Assembly (NCBI GenBank): GCA_963770565.1
Contig: CAVYQE010000001.1
Span: 1,504,001-1,568,000 of the forward strand
Source of the DNA: an uncultured Actinomycetota bacterium
GTDB lineage: Bacteria > Actinomycetota > Actinomycetes > JAFAQI01
Direction of reading: 5' to 3'
Length of the DNA: 64,000 nucleotides
Below the pieces are notes generated by a model. That model made no database searches. It saw only the letters and a program-made list of their open reading frames with translations, and had not been told where the DNA came from. How positions within the stretch are numbered: position 1 is the stretch's first letter; each line of letters begins with the position of its first letter. Positions 50,960-58,969 of this stretch are shown piece after piece. Made by a program: the position numbers and the translations under genes.

Positions 50960-52159
50960 TCATTCGCGCCACACGCGGATTCGGTTGTGTTTGTCCTTGT
51001 GGATCCGCCACCTGGTGTGATGGACGAGCCAGTGGTGGAACTCGCAGATGTGCACGCCGTTGATCTTGTCGGTCCGTCCGAACAAGGCCCAGAAGATCAG
51101 GTGGTGGATCCGGCAGCGCTCCAAGGGTGCTTGGCAGCCGGGCCATCGACAGCCCTTGTCCTCCAGCCGTAGCGCGCGCCGCTGGGCGGCGCTCCAGATC
51201 CTGGTCTTGCGCCCAAGATCGAGCACTTCGCTGTCCCCGCCGAGAACGGCAGGGACGATCTGCGCGTCGCAGGCGATCATCCGGGCCGTGTTGGGGGTGA
51301 TCTCGAGCCCGTTCATGCTCACCGGCCCGGTCAGCACGTCTGCGAGCCGGTCGGCGCGGGCGTCGAGGTCAGCCTTGAGCTGCTCGTAGCTGATCGTGAC
51401 GATCACCTGAGGCAGCTCTCCGCCGTGCTCCGGGAGGCCGCCGGCGGCCATTGCGACCTCGGCGATCGTGACCAGCCCGTCAGCCATCCGCTGGCCTGCG
51501 GTCCGGGCGTCCTCCGCACCGGCCTTGGCGGTCAGTGGGGCGAGCGCGGCCTTCAGCGTCGCCGCGCTCGGCGGGTCGAGCATCCCGTCGAATGCGACCA
51601 TCCCGTCGAAGGTGTCGGAGAAGCGCAACCAGCGTGCGTCGTACTTGCGTTGCGCGGCGGCTTCTGCGTCATCGTTGGTCAACCGGGCGATCAGCTCCCG
51701 GGTGAACGATCCGAGCCGGCCCGGGTCACAAACCTCCGATGCCGTCACGAGCTCCTTCTCGACCACGTCGCGCAGCTCCGCCGGACTCTTGTGGACCGCA
51801 GTGGTGATCACCCGGGCGTGCTCGAGGCTGAGCCGGCCGTCTGCAAACGCGTCGGCGACCACGCAATGCTCGGGAAGGCTTCTCGCAACGGTGAGATAGC
51901 GGGACGCGTCGTGCGGGCTGAGCAGCTGCTCTTCGATCATCCAGCCACGGGTCGCCCGCCCACACTCCTCGACGGTCGCGTCCCGCACGTCGATCACCTG
52001 AAGCTGCCGGGCGATGACAGCGTCGAGCTGGTTACGCACCTGGAGGAGCAGCTCGGTGCTGTTGATCAACTCGATGTCCGGATGGGCGTGCGGGTCCTCG
52101 GCCAACAGCTCGTGCACGTCGGCAGCCAGCTGCGTGGCTGCAGGTCTCGGCGTGTACAT
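50960..52159 (-). CDS. DUF222 (13E12-repeat family) HNH endonuclease
   Basis: GRLSLEHA, RTAGQRMADGL, IACDA, LDLGRKTR...AQRRAL..EDKGCRWPGC...HH...N...CEFHHWLVH. Confidence 0.92.
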   Translation of the reverse strand: MYTPRPAATQLAADVHELLAEDPHAHPDIELINSTELLLQVRNQLDAVIARQLQVIDVRDATVEECGRATRGWMIEEQLLSPHDASRYLTVARSLPEHCVVADAFADGRLSLEHARVITTAVHKSPAELRDVVEKELVTASEVCDPGRLGSFTRELIARLTNDDAEAAAQRKYDARWLRFSDTFDGMVAFDGMLDPPSAATLKAALAPLTAKAGAEDARTAGQRMADGLVTIAEVAMAAGGLPEHGGELPQVIVTISYEQLKADLDARADRLADVLTGPVSMNGLEITPNTARMIACDAQIVPAVLGGDSEVLDLGRKTRIWSAAQRRALRLEDKGCRWPGCQAPLERCRIHHLIFWALFGRTDKINGVHICEFHHWLVHHTRWRIHKDKHNRIRVWRE

Positions 52160-52166
52160 GCCGGCA

Positions 52167-52188
52167 ACACTACGAAGGGGGTCCGACA
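52167..52188 (-). promoter_or_regulatory. PafBC-type (RecA-NDp) DNA-damage promoter
   Basis: Minus strand TGTCGG-ACCCCCTTCG-TAGTGT fits TGTCGG-N10-TA-N3-T; 7 nt before the ATG, consistent with a leaderless transcript. Confidence 0.8.
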
Positions 52189-52236
52189 CTTTCTGGGCAC
52201 AGAAACCGTTGGTAACAAAGAAAAATCATGGCAATC

Positions 52237-52273
52237 TTGTCCACAACTGTGGACGAAAGAACCGCTGTCCACA
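52237..52273. promoter_or_regulatory. Cluster of three DnaA-box-like 9-mers
   Basis: TTGTCCACA at 52237 (+), TCGTCCACA at 52248-52256 (-), CTGTCCACA at 52265 (+). Confidence 0.5.
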
Positions 52274-52605
52274 GATCGTGATGAGGTCCTTGCCAAAGCG
52301 ACGGCAACGTCACCTCTCCAACGGAGAGCAGGGGTAACGGTGTCCAGTCTTGAGCAACTGGCCGAGCCTCCGGACAGGGCACATCAAACCCAGGCGACTC
52401 CGCAGTGGGCGCAACCGCACCGAACGACGGCACGTGATCCACCGAGCTGGAGCGTTCGCTATGAAGCACCCAGTCATCGCTCACCAACCGGGCCCGAGCA
52501 TCACCTATAGTCTGCCGCCTCAGCGGCGGGCAGTGCCGCGAGAAGAACGGCACTTACAGGCGGCATGAGCGGCGCGCTAACCACCGTGCGGGGCACGGGT
52601 CTCGT

Positions 52606-53028
52606 TCAATTGATGATCTCGCCGCCTTCACCCTTGAGAAGCACCGATAGCCGCTCCCGCCACATCTGCAGCTCCTCCGGCCTCAGTCGCGTCCAATCGG
52701 TGATCTCGCCAAGAATCCGCAGTGGGGCCCTACTGCGGTAAGACCGCATGGGATTGCCGGGAAATTTCTTGTCCGTCATGTTCGGATCGTTCTCGAACAC
52801 CCCGGTCGGCTGCACTGTATAGACCCTCGGCCGCGGCGCACCCCCTGCGAGTACTGCGGCGATCTCCGCAGCGAGACCCGCCCCGTCGACCAGAGCCGTG
52901 AAGTACGCGTGGTTCATCACGATCTCGGGACGGTAGTTCGACCGGTGACCGGCCTTAAGGACCTCACCTATGTCTAGATCCGCGATTGTGCCGTGAAAAA
53001 ACGGACCGTCATCCAGCGGTTCGGCCAC
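52606..53028 (-). CDS. arr: Rifampin ADP-ribosyltransferase
   Basis: GPFFHGT.ADL, SNY, MNHAYFTA, FENDPNMTDKKFPGNPMRSYRS; GTG start at 53028. Confidence 0.95.
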   Translation of the reverse strand: MAEPLDDGPFFHGTIADLDIGEVLKAGHRSNYRPEIVMNHAYFTALVDGAGLAAEIAAVLAGGAPRPRVYTVQPTGVFENDPNMTDKKFPGNPMRSYRSRAPLRILGEITDWTRLRPEELQMWRERLSVLLKGEGGEIIN

Positions 53029-53077
53029 CCGAAGTCCCTTCTGCCGGTTGGACGCGCGTGAGTTTGCCGCACCGCAC

Positions 53078-53096
53078 GGGGCTTGCCGCAAGCCCC
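53078..53096. promoter_or_regulatory. Rifamycin-associated element (RAE)
   Basis: 19-bp perfect inverted repeat GGGGCTTGC-C-GCAAGCCCC about 50 bp upstream of arr. Confidence 0.85.
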
Positions 53097-53305
53097 CACC
53101 TGCGCCGTATCCTGAAATCAGAAGGACCGTCCTGACGCGGGTCCTCAGCAATCTGCACTCGAGCGATGGCACCGAACGCGCCCGCTCCCCGGTAGCAGCG
53201 CGAGCCTCTTGACGACTCTCCACGTGCAGGAGAACGGCACATCGGTTCGGTCGGCAGTGGACTAGGACTAGGACTTGGTCGCGTGCGGATCTTCGAACGC
53301 ATCGC

Positions 53306-53337
53306 TTGACTGCTAACTCTATATAGATAGAGTTAGC
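53306..53337 (+). promoter_or_regulatory. Promoter with overlapping PadR-type operator
   Basis: TTGACT-N16-TAGAGT, with the -10 six nt before the GTG; perfect palindrome GCTAACTCTAT-N4-ATAGAGTTAGC. Confidence 0.7.
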
Positions 53338-53339
53338 CG

Positions 53340-53654
53340 GTGACCCGGTCGCGACAACACTCCCCGCAGACTGTGCGGGTGCTTCTCGCGTTGATGGCGC
53401 GGCCTGCCGAATGGCGCTACGGCTACGACCTGGCGACCGAGGTCGACGTTCAGTCTGGGGCGCTGTACCCGATTTTGATGCGGCTCGCGGACCGCGGACT
53501 GCTCGAGTCCCAATGGGAAGCAAGCCTGGCGGGCCGACCGCCCCGCCACCTCTACCGCCTGACGATGCAGGGAGCTGAGGCTGCCGCCGGCCTGACCGTG
53601 ACAGCAGCCCGGGCACGGTCCGCTGTCCTTCGTCGCAAGCCCAGTCCAACCTGA
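53340..53654 (+). CDS. PadR-family transcriptional regulator
   Basis: YGYDL...SGALYPILMRL...GLLESQWE...RPPRHLYRLT. Confidence 0.9.
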   Translation: MTRSRQHSPQTVRVLLALMARPAEWRYGYDLATEVDVQSGALYPILMRLADRGLLESQWEASLAGRPPRHLYRLTMQGAEAAAGLTVTAARARSAVLRRKPSPT

Positions 53655-54499
53655 TGGACACGTCCCGTACGCGAGACCTTCCGGAGCGAATCCTCACGGC
53701 GACCACCCGCTGTCTACCCAATGGCCGCGCCGAATGGGGGCGAGCCATGCTTGGCGAGCTAGCCGGCATCGAGGTGCGCAACGAACGCTGGCGATTCGCC
53801 ATCAGCGGCACCGGCATCGTATTGACTGCCCCGCGTGCCCACGGTGCACCCGGCCGATCAGTCGTCGTCGCCATGTTGACGGCCGCGACAACTTGCGCAG
53901 CCACGGTGGGAGTGACGCTGCTGCGCTACCCCGGGCTGGTCACCGGCCGCGCGTGGTTTGCAGTCGCGCTCTTCCTCGGTGTACTCACGTCCTATGTCGT
54001 GGTCGGCCGCGTCCTGGTCGGCCAACTCGAGGCGCCTGCGCTTGTCCCGCTGCGCGTCGCGGTCGGCGGCGCGATCGGAATCGCTGCACTCTGGTTAGCC
54101 ATCGGCGCGAGTGCTTCCTACGCGCCTTCCAAGTTAGTCATCGCCGCGCTGTGGGTGGCGCTACCCGTGACGTCGGTCGCGGTTGGTGGGGTGGCAACCT
54201 GGCAGACGAAAAGCGCCCGCGCAGCACGCGGCGCTTCGCTGCTGTCCGCACTCGGCGCGGGCCTGCTGGGATTCGTGATCTGGACGGGCGACAGTCTGCT
54301 CAACGCCGGCCGCCCCTACGACCCCGGCATGCGTCGAGACTTTGCGGCAATCCATGCGCGCGACCTCGCGACATACGCCGTCAACGACAACCTGGGGTCC
54401 GGCATGATGTTGCTCCTGCTGATCCCGCTACTTGCCGGAGTCTTCGGTTTCATGGGCGTGGCGACGGTCGTTCGGATCCGACACGCCAAGCCGGGATGA
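53654..54499 (+). CDS. PadR-associated multi-pass membrane protein
   Basis: TGATG coupling; LP..RAEWGRAMLGEL...RWRFA N-terminus; about 6 hydrophobic segments. Confidence 0.75.
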   Translation: MDTSRTRDLPERILTATTRCLPNGRAEWGRAMLGELAGIEVRNERWRFAISGTGIVLTAPRAHGAPGRSVVVAMLTAATTCAATVGVTLLRYPGLVTGRAWFAVALFLGVLTSYVVVGRVLVGQLEAPALVPLRVAVGGAIGIAALWLAIGASASYAPSKLVIAALWVALPVTSVAVGGVATWQTKSARAARGASLLSALGAGLLGFVIWTGDSLLNAGRPYDPGMRRDFAAIHARDLATYAVNDNLGSGMMLLLLIPLLAGVFGFMGVATVVRIRHAKPG

Positions 54500-54561
54500 T
54501 CTCGCTCCCGAAGTTGCTGCAGGCCGAGCCGCTAGCGGCGGCACCTCTAGGACGGCAACCG

Positions 54562-54957
54562 CTAGATGCATGCACTTGGAAGATCGACTGTGGATGTGGT
54601 TCCCGCCCGTACGACGATCGTCCGTGGTCCAGCGTGTTCTTTGGGTGCGACGATGATGTACCGGCCGGGCGCGAGCGTGAAGTGGTAGTGCCCGACATGG
54701 CGGCCGCTGACTGTCACCGTCGTCGAGGCAGCAGGGGGCGATCCGGCGCCGATACGGGCAACGACTCGTACAGCGTGGGCTGGAACCGGTGTGGCGAGGG
54801 CATCGCACGCTGAGACCCAGCCGTGGACGTACCCGGTCGCAGGGGACGTCGAATGCTCTGGGACTGCGGGTGGCGGTGGTCCCGTGACTTGCACTGAGGT
54901 ATGCGAGGTGCAGGCTGAGATCAGGAACGCCGCGGCAGCGCACACGACAACTTTCAT
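54562..54957 (-). CDS. Small lipoprotein with carboxypeptidase-regulatory-like beta domain
   Basis: Lipobox LISAC; G.VHG...GHYHFTLAPGRYII. Confidence 0.6.
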   Translation of the reverse strand: MKVVVCAAAAFLISACTSHTSVQVTGPPPPAVPEHSTSPATGYVHGWVSACDALATPVPAHAVRVVARIGAGSPPAASTTVTVSGRHVGHYHFTLAPGRYIIVAPKEHAGPRTIVVRAGTTSTVDLPSACI

Positions 54958-55269
54958 ACGATTAGGACGCGCACGGTCGCAGCGCGGTTCCCTTGGATCC
55001 CGCGACATTAGTGCACGGTAGGGCCGGCTCGGCTCGCTTGCGGCTCCTTGTCACATGGCGTTGAAGGAGCCGGCGATCGCTTGCTCGGCCTCGGCATAGT
55101 GCGAGCCGGCTGCGCGGCAGGGGAGCGACCAGACTGGAGGTCCGATGAGGCGCTGAGATAGCGCCGTGTCGAGTGCGCGCGAGCGGCACTGCTCGTGCAT
55201 CCCAGGGTCTGACGCTGTGAGCGCTTGTGGCGCGCAGATGGGTGGGTGTCGCTGTTCTCTGCCCGTTGG

Positions 55270-55995
55270 TCAGCGGTTGGATGGCCCGGCAATGTCGCCT
55301 TCGAGATACAACAAAACAGTCTCGGATTGCGACTGACCCGGGACTATGTCACCTGGGTTCAACGAGGCGGTGTACTGCAAGCGGACATGGCCAGCTGTGC
55401 GTTTGAAGCTGCAGTAGCCGGGCTGGTCGAACTCCTCATGCCAGCCCAGGCTTGCTGGGGCGTCGATCTGGATGGCAGCGCAGGCCGGCGCAAAGGAAGC
55501 ATCCGCGGTGGCGACGTCGGATCGCAGAAACGCTTGGCCGTACTGCCATTCGCGGATAATCCTCGGATAGCCCGAGTCACTCTCCTGGTTGACCGCATTG
55601 GGAGGAAGTTGCGTGACGTCGTTCGGGACAGCCACGGCGTACACGGTCGCTCGAATCGAAGCCGCGTTGGGCAACCGATTATCCGTGATCACGACACCGC
55701 CAGCCAGCAGCGCAGCGACAACGCCGCCGGTCGCCGTGAGGCAGATGAGTCGCTCTCGCATTTGGGCCTTGACCAGGATCTGCACAAGTCCGCCAACGAC
55801 CGCAGCAAGAATCGCAACCAAGGCCGTGACGAATTCAGGGTGATGTGCGGATGCCTGGGTGACGGCCACATCAGTCGGCTCGAAATAGAACTGTGTCCAG
55901 CACGCGTGCCACAAGAACGGCACGCACACGACAAGGAGTACGACTTGACCGATGACCCACCAGACTGCCTCACTGCGACGATTCGCCGGACGCAT
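55270..55995 (-). CDS. Hypothetical membrane protein
   Basis: Three hydrophobic segments followed by a soluble domain with 2 Cys; start uncertain. Confidence 0.45.
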   Translation of the reverse strand: MRPANRRSEAVWWVIGQVVLLVVCVPFLWHACWTQFYFEPTDVAVTQASAHHPEFVTALVAILAAVVGGLVQILVKAQMRERLICLTATGGVVAALLAGGVVITDNRLPNAASIRATVYAVAVPNDVTQLPPNAVNQESDSGYPRIIREWQYGQAFLRSDVATADASFAPACAAIQIDAPASLGWHEEFDQPGYCSFKRTAGHVRLQYTASLNPGDIVPGQSQSETVLLYLEGDIAGPSNR

Positions 55996-56117
55996 CTCCG
56001 GAGGCGACCACGGCGCAGGAACTTGGTCTAATGGTCCCGCTGCGTCGCGCACGTGCTAATTGTGTCGCGTTCGAGGGGTCCGAGCCTGAGTACAACTCAC
56101 TAACGGGGGGTGATTGC

Positions 56118-57338
56118 TCACGAACCGCGCGGACGGCACACCGGCCCGCGCGTGGACACCCTGATCGAGATCTGTGTGGCCGGGCGAGCAAGGATTGGGA
56201 CGGCCGCAAGGCTCAGTACGAGGGCGGCGGTCATGAGGAGAATCTGGTAGTTGACCGCGCCGATCAGGAATGCACCGATCGCGATTGACAGTGTTTGGGA
56301 GAGGTTGATTGCCGTTTCGGATGCGGTGTTGACGCGGCCTTGTAGCGCTGGGGGAGTGTGGCGCTGGGTGGCGGTCGCGATCGAGACGGCGTAAAGCGGT
56401 ATCGCCGCGCCGAAGATCGTGAGTGCTGCGCAAGCAGTTGCAAGTGTTGGGATGGCGTAGATGAGGCTGGCAAGAACCCAGGCGATCAGACCGACGCCTA
56501 GGGTGCGCGCTTCCCCGATCCGTTTGATGACCGGGGTCACGACAAGCCCTCCGGCGATTGAACCGATCGCCTGGATCGCCATCAGGACACCGAAGAACGA
56601 CGGTGTTCTGCCGATCGCAGCGATGACCGCGAAGGTGACGGATTCGTAGAACCCGAGGACGAGCATGGCAACGGCGGCCGTGAGGGTGATCTGCGCGAGC
56701 AGCGGGTTGCGGCGAAGGTGGAAGACGCCGGCGAGGAGCTGCGAGCGTACGGACGCAGCCGAGGTTGTGGTGGCGTGTTCTGTGATCCGCACGCTCAGCA
56801 GGGCGCAGATGGCGAATCCGAAGGTAGTGGCGTCGAGGGCAGCGACTGATCCGCCACCGAAGCGTGTGTACAAGGCGGCTCCTAGCAGCGGCGAGACGAT
56901 GCGTAGGCCCTGGCTGATGGTGGTTCTGGCCGCGTTGGCTGTCGCCAGGTCATCGTCGGCGAGAAGGTCTTTGAGCAGCCCCGCGCTGGCGGCCGCAATG
57001 ATGATCCCCGCGGTTCCATAGGCGAACGAGACGGCATACATGATCCATAACTGCGCTCGTGAGTGGACCATCAGGAGACTGAGCACCGCGATGGCGCAGG
57101 CGGCATTCGTTGTGATGAGCAGCGGCCGGCGTTTGACTCGGTCGACGAGTTGCCCCGCGAGGGGTGCACCGAGATAGGGAAGCCCCTGAGCCAAGAAAAT
57201 GGCTCCGGCGGCCGCGTTGCTTCCCGTCAGGTCTTTGGCCCAGATGCCGAGCGACAGGTAAAGGGCGCTGTCACCAAAGCTAGAGATCGAGTTGCCGACC
57301 AGCAGACGCCGGAATCGGGGGTCGCGGAGCGCACCCAT
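56118..57338 (-). CDS. MFS transporter (DHA3-like)
   Basis: LRDPRFRRLLVGNSISSFGD, GQLVDRVKRR, TPPALQGRV. Confidence 0.88.
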   Translation of the reverse strand: MGALRDPRFRRLLVGNSISSFGDSALYLSLGIWAKDLTGSNAAAGAIFLAQGLPYLGAPLAGQLVDRVKRRPLLITTNAACAIAVLSLLMVHSRAQLWIMYAVSFAYGTAGIIIAAASAGLLKDLLADDDLATANAARTTISQGLRIVSPLLGAALYTRFGGGSVAALDATTFGFAICALLSVRITEHATTTSAASVRSQLLAGVFHLRRNPLLAQITLTAAVAMLVLGFYESVTFAVIAAIGRTPSFFGVLMAIQAIGSIAGGLVVTPVIKRIGEARTLGVGLIAWVLASLIYAIPTLATACAALTIFGAAIPLYAVSIATATQRHTPPALQGRVNTASETAINLSQTLSIAIGAFLIGAVNYQILLMTAALVLSLAAVPILARPATQISIRVSTRGPVCRPRGS

Positions 57339-57346
57339 CGGCTCGG

Positions 57347-57937
57347 TTAGGTGTTGTCGGGCAGTGGGTAGCCGACCGCGAACAGGCGAACCGGCCGTGA
57401 GCCGTCCGGTCGCAGCGACGGGTTGTCCAGCCGGTCGCGGTAGGTGAACATCAGATCGCTGATCTGTCCGGCCAGCTCCGCCAGCTCGGCCTCGGTCAGC
57501 CAGGTCTGCGCACCGGTACGCAACGCAGCACGCCGCCAGCCGTCGGGGTAGGTGTGCGAGCTGCGTTCCCACCGCATCAGCTTCGCCATCTCGTGTTGGA
57601 TGAACACGCGCTCCAACTCAGCCGCCGCGCGGGCGCGGGCCTCATCTGGCTGCACCGTCGACCATGACTGATCGGTTGACGTCAACCGCCACGGGCGATC
57701 TCTCTTCGACGAGGTCGGCGCGTCCTCGACGAGGCCGTATCGAGCGAGCTGACGTAGATGAAACGAGCAGTTCGCCTGAGTGTCACCGACGAGCTCGGCG
57801 CATCGCGTCGACGTCGCCGACCCCTCGACCAGCAAGACATCCATCAGCGCCCACTTCAACGGATGGGCAAGAGCTCGCATCGCCGCCGGGTCAACCAGCT
57901 CGCCCGGCTTCGCTTTTGGGGATTTCGGCTTCGCCAT
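57347..57937 (-). CDS. ArsR-like winged-helix regulator
   Basis: MRALAHPL, ATSTRCAELVG..ANCSFHLRQLARYGLVE. Confidence 0.88.
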   Translation of the reverse strand: MAKPKSPKAKPGELVDPAAMRALAHPLKWALMDVLLVEGSATSTRCAELVGDTQANCSFHLRQLARYGLVEDAPTSSKRDRPWRLTSTDQSWSTVQPDEARARAAAELERVFIQHEMAKLMRWERSSHTYPDGWRRAALRTGAQTWLTEAELAELAGQISDLMFTYRDRLDNPSLRPDGSRPVRLFAVGYPLPDNT

Positions 57938-57987
57938 ACTCAAGACCGTACTCTTGAGTCTATCAATGTCAAAGTACGTTCTTGAGA
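57938..57987. promoter_or_regulatory. Putative operator pair for the ArsR-like regulator
   Basis: ACTCAAGA-N6-TCTTGAGT abutting the start codon, plus degenerate TCAAAG-N5-TCTTGA. Confidence 0.55.
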
Positions 57988-58047
57988 CGGTGAACGGGTC
58001 AAAGCTCGGTCCTAGCGCCGGACAGGAGCGCCACCGTCAGCGCACGA

Positions 58048-58542
58048 TCACAACTCGCGGTAGAAGCGCACAAGCGGCAAGGCCGTAAAGCCGCTCGATT
58101 CGTACAGGGCTCGCGCCGGCTCATGACCGGGGTCTCCACCAGTGGCCACGCTTGCGAGTCGGCAGCCGACCGCGCGAATCTCGTTCATTGCGTGGTCCAA
58201 GAGCAGGCGACCAACTCCGTTGCGCTGGTAGGCCGGATCCACCGCGATCATGTCGATCTCCCCTTCGACAGCACTGCGGATGATTACAGACACGAAGCCG
58301 AGTAACCGTTGAGTCCCGTCAGCGGCCACTGCGACCGAGACGTTTGTGTTGGCGCAGGTCTCACGAACGTCTGCTTCCTGAGAGACGCGCCAGTCGGGAT
58401 AAACCAACTGATTCAATCGGCGACCCAAAACCTCGGCCATCGATTGGTGCACCGTCGCCCACGAACGCAGCGAAACGTCGATCAGATCATCAACGTCACC
58501 TGCCGCGAACGGCCGCAACACCAAGTCGTCACGTTCGGTCAT
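58048..58542 (-). CDS. GNAT acetyltransferase
   Basis: IAVDPAYQRNGVG, ARALYESSGF. Confidence 0.9.
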   Translation of the reverse strand: MTERDDLVLRPFAAGDVDDLIDVSLRSWATVHQSMAEVLGRRLNQLVYPDWRVSQEADVRETCANTNVSVAVAADGTQRLLGFVSVIIRSAVEGEIDMIAVDPAYQRNGVGRLLLDHAMNEIRAVGCRLASVATGGDPGHEPARALYESSGFTALPLVRFYREL

Positions 58543-58969
58543 TTCGGCCTCCCGCCAAGCTGGCGGAGTTGCCGGTGATTCAGCGCCCGATCAACCCCGC
58601 GAGTTGTCATCGCCGTGTATGCGATGTGGTCGCGCCCGATGTCGATCTGACATGCCAAGAGTCGAGTATCGACGTCTTCCGGGACGGAGCCTATGCACTG
58701 CCACTGCCTCATGAGCCTCCCTCAATGGTTTCGGACAAGGCCGGAACCCTGGCCACCAAGTAGAAGAGCAACGCCGCATCGTAGAGCGCGTCACCCTAGA
58801 GAGCGTTGCTCCCCGACCGCTGAAATGGTCAGGACCTAGTCACATCCCGGAACGGACAGAACGCCGGATCTGGTCGGTTCGCCTCGGCGGTCGAACCGGA
58901 CAGAACTGTGACTATGTGGTGTCAACGTGCCGGCGATCCACCATTGCGCGGCGCAGCTCGACGAGTGGG

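Noticed and set aside
47616-51146. 1176-aa minus-strand ORF
   Set aside because: Off-frame shadow of GH9 and antisense to the deacetylase; only the last 145 aa look like a real protein
52237-52273. Replication origin
   Set aside because: Only three boxes, and no dnaA, dnaN or rep gene nearby
52606-53904. 432-aa extended Arr fusion
   Set aside because: The extension runs through the RAE and antisense to PadR; Arr begins near 53028
52600-58600. Integron cassette array (arr and GNAT are common cassettes)
   Set aside because: No integrase and no recognisable repeated attC sites; mixed orientations; genes have their own promoters
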